Of a stretch of 64,000 nucleotides of DNA, positions 60,348-64,000 are shown piece after piece. How positions within the stretch are numbered: the stretch's first letter is position 1; each line of letters opens with the position of its first letter. The stretch covers positions 30,759 through 94,758 of the forward strand of contig JAGVPG010000002.1 of NCBI GenBank assembly GCA_020052375.1. The letters are read 5' to 3'. Below the pieces are notes generated by a model, which had not been told where the DNA came from, did no database searches, and worked only from the letters and a program-made list of their open reading frames with translations. The stretch is from Actinomycetota bacterium (GTDB lineage: Bacteria; Actinomycetota; JAHEXW01; JAGVPG01). The translations under genes and the position numbers were made by a program.

Positions 60348-60505
60348 CTCGTTAGGTGAGGCTCCAGCATAGAAACAGGCCATTGCCCAGAAACGTCCAA
60401 AGACGCCAATGGGTAGACCCGATATGACCGGCTTAAGGTTTTATCTAAAATGGCTGTCCTTAAAGGTTTGACGGACTACGGTATGCTGTGCCAAAACTCA
60501 ACGAG
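60348..60505 (+). ncRNA. M-box (ykoK-type) Mg2+-sensing riboswitch aptamer
   Basis: CTCGTTAGGTGAGGCTCC...GCCCAGAAACGTCCAAAGACGCCAATGGG...CAACGAG reproduces the conserved M-box blocks, with the P1 closed by CTCGTT/AACGAG. Confidence 0.8.
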
Positions 60506-60538
60506 AAGGGGAAGCCTAATATGCGTTCGTCTTTGTTT

Positions 60539-60570
60539 GCAAAGCTTTCCCGTGCGGGAAAGCTTTTTTA
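60539..60570 (+). terminator. intrinsic terminator (M-box expression platform)
   Basis: GCAAAGCTTTCCCG-tgc-GGGAAAGCTTTTTT hairpin plus U-tract, immediately upstream of the SD AGGAGG and the GTG start at 60587. Confidence 0.8.
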
Positions 60571-60586
60571 GTACGGAGGATGCAAG

Positions 60587-61837
60587 GTGTTTTTCTTAAG
60601 CAGGCTTCAGAGGATCAAGATCGTAGACAATATCGGAAACCGCGCCGGGTCTCTTTCAGACCTGGTGGTATCGCTTCGCGAGAAATATCCTCCGGTGACG
60701 GCGATCGTGATCAAGCCGCCCCGCCAACCAGAGGCGCTCATCCCCTGGGGACAGGTAAGGGGATTTGAAGAATCAAGGATCCTGCTGTCGCGCCCCCTTA
60801 AAGAGATCGCGACTGAAGAGATGAAGACAAACGAGATACGCCTGGTCAGAGATGTCCTTGATAAGCAGATCGTGGATACGGGGGGGCACAAACTGATCAG
60901 GGTCCAGGACGTACAACTGGCGCGCGTCGAGCGGAAAATAAGGGTCATCGCCGTAGATATCAGCGGTAGAGCTATCATGCGCAGGCTCGGGTTGACGGGC
61001 ATGTCCGACCGCCTACCGTCAAAGATCGCCCCGCACTATAACTATATAGACTGGTCGAACGTCGACCTGATCGGAAGCGGTGTAGACGCCGTAAAATTGA
61101 AAGTCCCGCACGAGAAACTGTCGCTACTACACCCGGCGGACATAGCGGACATAGTAAACGAGCTTGGTCCGGAACATAGGGTGGCGTTGCTTGAGTCACT
61201 GAGCAAAGAGGTGGCGGCGGACACGATGGAGGAGATGAGCCCATCATATCAGGCAAGCGTTCTTTCAAACATGGAGGCGCGCAAAGCGGCTGAAATACTC
61301 AAAGAGATGGAACCGGATGACGCCGCCGACCTTCTCGCGGACCTCCCCGACGAGAAGGGGGCCGAACTCCTGGGCCTGATAAAGAAGGAAGAGGCGGACG
61401 AGCTACGAGAGTTGCTGGCGCACCCGGAGGACTCGGCCGGCGGAATCATGACAACGGAATTTGTCGCCCTGCCGGCGAACTTGACAGTAGCCAAGGCGAT
61501 CACTAAATTGCGCAAGTTGGAGCCGGACGCGGAGACCATCTATTACCTTTATGTAGTCGACAAGCAAGAGCACCTACTCGGCGTCCTGTCACTAAGAAAG
61601 CTGATCGTTTCACCGCCGGACATGAAAATATCAGACATAATGTACGTAAACATAATCAAGGTAAACGTGGCAGACGAGCAAGAAGAAGTGGCAAAGCTGA
61701 TTGCCAAGTACAACTTGCTGGCCATACCGGTAGTAGACGATGAAAACAAGATCCAGGGGATCGTGACAGTCGATGACGCGATCGATGTGGTGATCCCGAC
61801 GGCGTGGAAGAAGCGCTTTCCACACATTTACAGTTAA
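60587..61837 (+). CDS. soluble MgtE-like cytoplasmic sensor protein (PRC-barrel-like N-terminus, MgtE_N domain, CBS pair), no membrane domain
   Basis: GTG start. Acidic MgtE_N-like helices (AEILKEMEPDDAADLLADLPDEKGAELL), then a CBS pair (IMTTEFVALPANLTVAKAI...LGVLSLRKLI...LLAIPVVDDENKIQGIVTVDDAIDVV). No hydrophobic segments. Confidence 0.7.
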   Translation: MFFLSRLQRIKIVDNIGNRAGSLSDLVVSLREKYPPVTAIVIKPPRQPEALIPWGQVRGFEESRILLSRPLKEIATEEMKTNEIRLVRDVLDKQIVDTGGHKLIRVQDVQLARVERKIRVIAVDISGRAIMRRLGLTGMSDRLPSKIAPHYNYIDWSNVDLIGSGVDAVKLKVPHEKLSLLHPADIADIVNELGPEHRVALLESLSKEVAADTMEEMSPSYQASVLSNMEARKAAEILKEMEPDDAADLLADLPDEKGAELLGLIKKEEADELRELLAHPEDSAGGIMTTEFVALPANLTVAKAITKLRKLEPDAETIYYLYVVDKQEHLLGVLSLRKLIVSPPDMKISDIMYVNIIKVNVADEQEEVAKLIAKYNLLAIPVVDDENKIQGIVTVDDAIDVVIPTAWKKRFPHIYS

Positions 61838-61885
61838 GGAGAAATCGAGGATGTCAAAGAAGACAAGCCAGGAGGACGAAGTCCG

Positions 61886-63139
61886 ATGGCGTGGCATAAA
61901 AGGATCAGCTGGCGCAACGCCTTGCTCATACTTGCGGTCATCGGACCTGGCATCATCACGGCCAATGTCGACAACGACGCAGGCGGAATCGCCACGTACT
62001 CTATCGTCGGCGCCCACTTCGGTTACCGGCTTCTCTGGCTTTTCGTCCCCATTGCCGTAACCCTGATAATAGTCCAGGAGATGGCGGCCAGGCTCGGCGT
62101 TGTCTCCGGCAAGGGGTTTGCGGACCTCATCCGCGAGAACTTCGGCATCAAGGTCACCTTCTATCTTATGGCGACACTGCTGGCAGTAAACCTGGCCAAT
62201 ACGATGGCGGAGTTTGCGGGGTGGGCTGCGAGCATGGAGATATTCGGCGTCGCAAGATATATAGCGGTACCCGTCGCCGCCTTATTGGTGTGGCTCCTGG
62301 TTGTCCGGGGAAGGTACAGGTTCGTAGAGCGGATATTTCTTTTCGCGTCGGCAGTTTATATCACGTATATAGTCTCGGGACTATTGGCCAAGCCCGATTG
62401 GGGCAAGGCGCTCCATCAGACCCTGGTCCCCTCTGTCTCGATGGGCAACGCGTACCTGGTCGCGACGGTCGCCCTGATAGGTACGACGATCGCCCCGTGG
62501 ATGCAGTTCTATCTCCAGTCCGCCGTAGTCGAGAAAGGCGTAAAGACAGATCAGTATCCGGCAACAAAAATAGACGTCATAGTCGGATGCATCATGGCGA
62601 ACGTCGTGGCGGTCTTTATCGTAGTCGCCTGCGCCGCGACGTTGTTTAAAAACGGGATAATGGTTGAATCAGCCAAAGACGCAGCGCTGGCGCTTAAGCC
62701 CCTTGCCGGGAAATATGCAGCCCTCTTGTTCGCCATCGGCCTGGCCAACGCATCTTTGTTTGCGGCGTCCATACTGCCGTTGTCGACCGCCTATTCCGTT
62801 TGTGAGGGCATGGGCTGGGAAGGCGGAGTGAACACGACCTTTAGAGAGGCGCCCCAGTTCAACTGGATCTACACCGGACTGATAGTGCTAGGCGCGGGGA
62901 TAGTCCTTATCCCGGGAGTGCCATTGCTGATGATCCTTTATTGGTCTCAGGTGCTTAACGGGGTGTTGCTGCCCGTAACGATAGCGGTAGCTCTTATCCT
63001 GGTCAACAAGCCCGAGATAATGGGCGACAAGGTCAATTCGAAGGGTTACAATTTTGTCGCCTGGGCGGCAGCGGCAGCTACCGGCATCGCCTCTATTATG
63101 ATGGTCTTGACAATGGTCGCGCCGGGCCTTTTCAATTAG
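61886..63139 (+). CDS. NRAMP/SLC11-family divalent cation transporter with non-canonical metal site (NRMT-like)
   Basis: 417 aa, 11-12 TM. The TM1 motif is VDNDAGGIAT rather than DPGN, and the TM6 motif is TIAPWMQFY rather than MPH. Confidence 0.75.
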   Translation: MAWHKRISWRNALLILAVIGPGIITANVDNDAGGIATYSIVGAHFGYRLLWLFVPIAVTLIIVQEMAARLGVVSGKGFADLIRENFGIKVTFYLMATLLAVNLANTMAEFAGWAASMEIFGVARYIAVPVAALLVWLLVVRGRYRFVERIFLFASAVYITYIVSGLLAKPDWGKALHQTLVPSVSMGNAYLVATVALIGTTIAPWMQFYLQSAVVEKGVKTDQYPATKIDVIVGCIMANVVAVFIVVACAATLFKNGIMVESAKDAALALKPLAGKYAALLFAIGLANASLFAASILPLSTAYSVCEGMGWEGGVNTTFREAPQFNWIYTGLIVLGAGIVLIPGVPLLMILYWSQVLNGVLLPVTIAVALILVNKPEIMGDKVNSKGYNFVAWAAAAATGIASIMMVLTMVAPGLFN

Positions 63140-63354
63140 AGGATCGAGACAATATTGCAACAATCTCCTACCCGCGTCTTCCCTCGTCGTAAAGACGTTT
63201 TTTTATTGAATAAAGCACTGTGTAACCACAAGCTATATTGACTTTTTTAGCTGTATATGGTAGGAATGAATTAGAGAATTTAATATTTTGGCGGGCTTGC
63301 TGAAGATCTTTATCAGTATTATAGAAACATAGAACTGGATAGAAAATCAGGAAG

Positions 63355-63795
63355 CTAGGAAGCACAGCTTTTATATGGTCACTTTGGTTGTGCCGAGCTA
63401 ATAGTGAAACCGGCCCCGAGGCCGGTTTGTGGTTTAAATAGGGAAAGCTTAATTAAAGTGAGCACGACATAAGCTGAAGAAGGCATGTGTAAGAAAGCGT
63501 CTTAGGACTTAAACAGACTTAATTGTGCAGCACAGGTTGTTATAGTGGGCTTGCGCCAGCGATAATTGAAAAATAAATAAAGAGGCAAGAAGACAAGGCT
63601 CTTTTATACAGGATGCGATGAAGTACAGCTCGTGATTGGTCACTTGGGTTGTATGGAGCAAATAGTGAAACCGGCCCACCGGCCGGTTTGTGCTTTTTAT
63701 AGGGGATGTTTAATTAGAATGAAAGAAACTAAGAATATATCTGTTAAGCGGAAGGAAAGATAAATAAGTATAGTCGGAGTTAAACAGACTTAAAT
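63355..63795 (+). repeat. tandem duplicated ~260-bp intergenic unit, each with an AAACCGGCC-nnnn-GGCCGGTTT hairpin plus T-tract
   Basis: Shared blocks GGTCACTTGGGTTGT, AATAGTGAAACCGGCCC..GGCCGGTTTGTG, TTAATTAAA and TTAAACAGACTTAA occur in both units. Hairpins at 63406..63428 and 63666..63688. Confidence 0.6.
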
Positions 63796-63817
63796 AAGTA
63801 AAGCTTAAATCAGAGGG

Positions 63818-64000
63818 GGGATCCGGCATGAAGACCGGGAGAAGCAAAGGATTTTTAATCAAGTTCGACACGCACGGAAGAAGAAGACCGCTTTTAATAA
63901 GCATCAGATTGGTGCTCATAATCAGTCTGTGCCTGTGGAACATGGGCCCGACGATAGGGGCCATTGCCTCGGAGGTGAATCCTGGAGCTGAACAAACGAC
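63818..64000 (+). CDS. hypothetical secreted/membrane protein (3' partial)
   Basis: ATG after the SD GAGGGGGG: MKTGRSKGFLIKFDTHGRRRPLLISIRLVLIISLCLWNMG..., signal-anchor-like. Runs off the window end. Confidence 0.4.

Noticed and set aside
63390-63700. Leader-peptide (Val/Trp attenuator) interpretation of the tandem units
   Set aside because: The mini-ORFs are only 8-9 codons, start codons differ (ATG versus TTG) and the downstream gene is not an amino-acid biosynthesis gene. Kept only as a weak note inside the tandem-repeat finding.

Overview
This 64-kb window reads as bacterial chromosome close to the replication origin, probably from a monoderm-type organism (sortase, short YidC, Jag, lipoprotein L,D-transpeptidases). 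Its main feature is a complete type I-E CRISPR-Cas locus. The gene order is cas3-cse1-cse2-cas6e-cas7-cas5-cas1-cas2, followed by a 25-repeat array with the 29-bp repeat GTTTTCCCCACACGCGTGGGGATGGTCCG. An adjacent SAM methyltransferase sits with the locus on a roughly 10.7-kb segment that is bracketed by a perfect 27-bp inverted hairpin repeat, between a H+-pyrophosphatase gene and an archaeal-type FBP aldolase/phosphatase gene.

The rest of the window holds:
- an ion-homeostasis block: DedA, two tandem P2-type ATPases, two RCK/TrkA proteins, an MFS transporter, H+-PPase and a third P-type ATPase;
- a minus-strand membrane module: coiled-coil protein, SPFH(COG4260)-zinc-ribbon fusion, DUF2207 protein and HTH-zinc-ribbon proteins;
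- paired small membrane proteins (PLDc_N-like x2, DUF4870-like x2) next to tldD/pmbA;
- the origin-region syntenic block parB-parA-(mnmG::rsmG in-frame fusion)-mnmG remnant-mnmE-jag-yidC-yidD-rnpA-rpmH, then a DnaA-box cluster, an unusual GHKL-ATPase/wHTH gene in front of dnaA, dnaN, uppP and a radical-SAM gene;
- an M-box Mg2+ riboswitch in front of a soluble MgtE-N/CBS protein and an NRAMP-related transporter whose metal-site residues look like the Mg2+-transporting NRMT type.

Several intergenic hairpin-repeat families recur through the window. All family assignments rest on motifs I recognised in the translations. No database searches were run.
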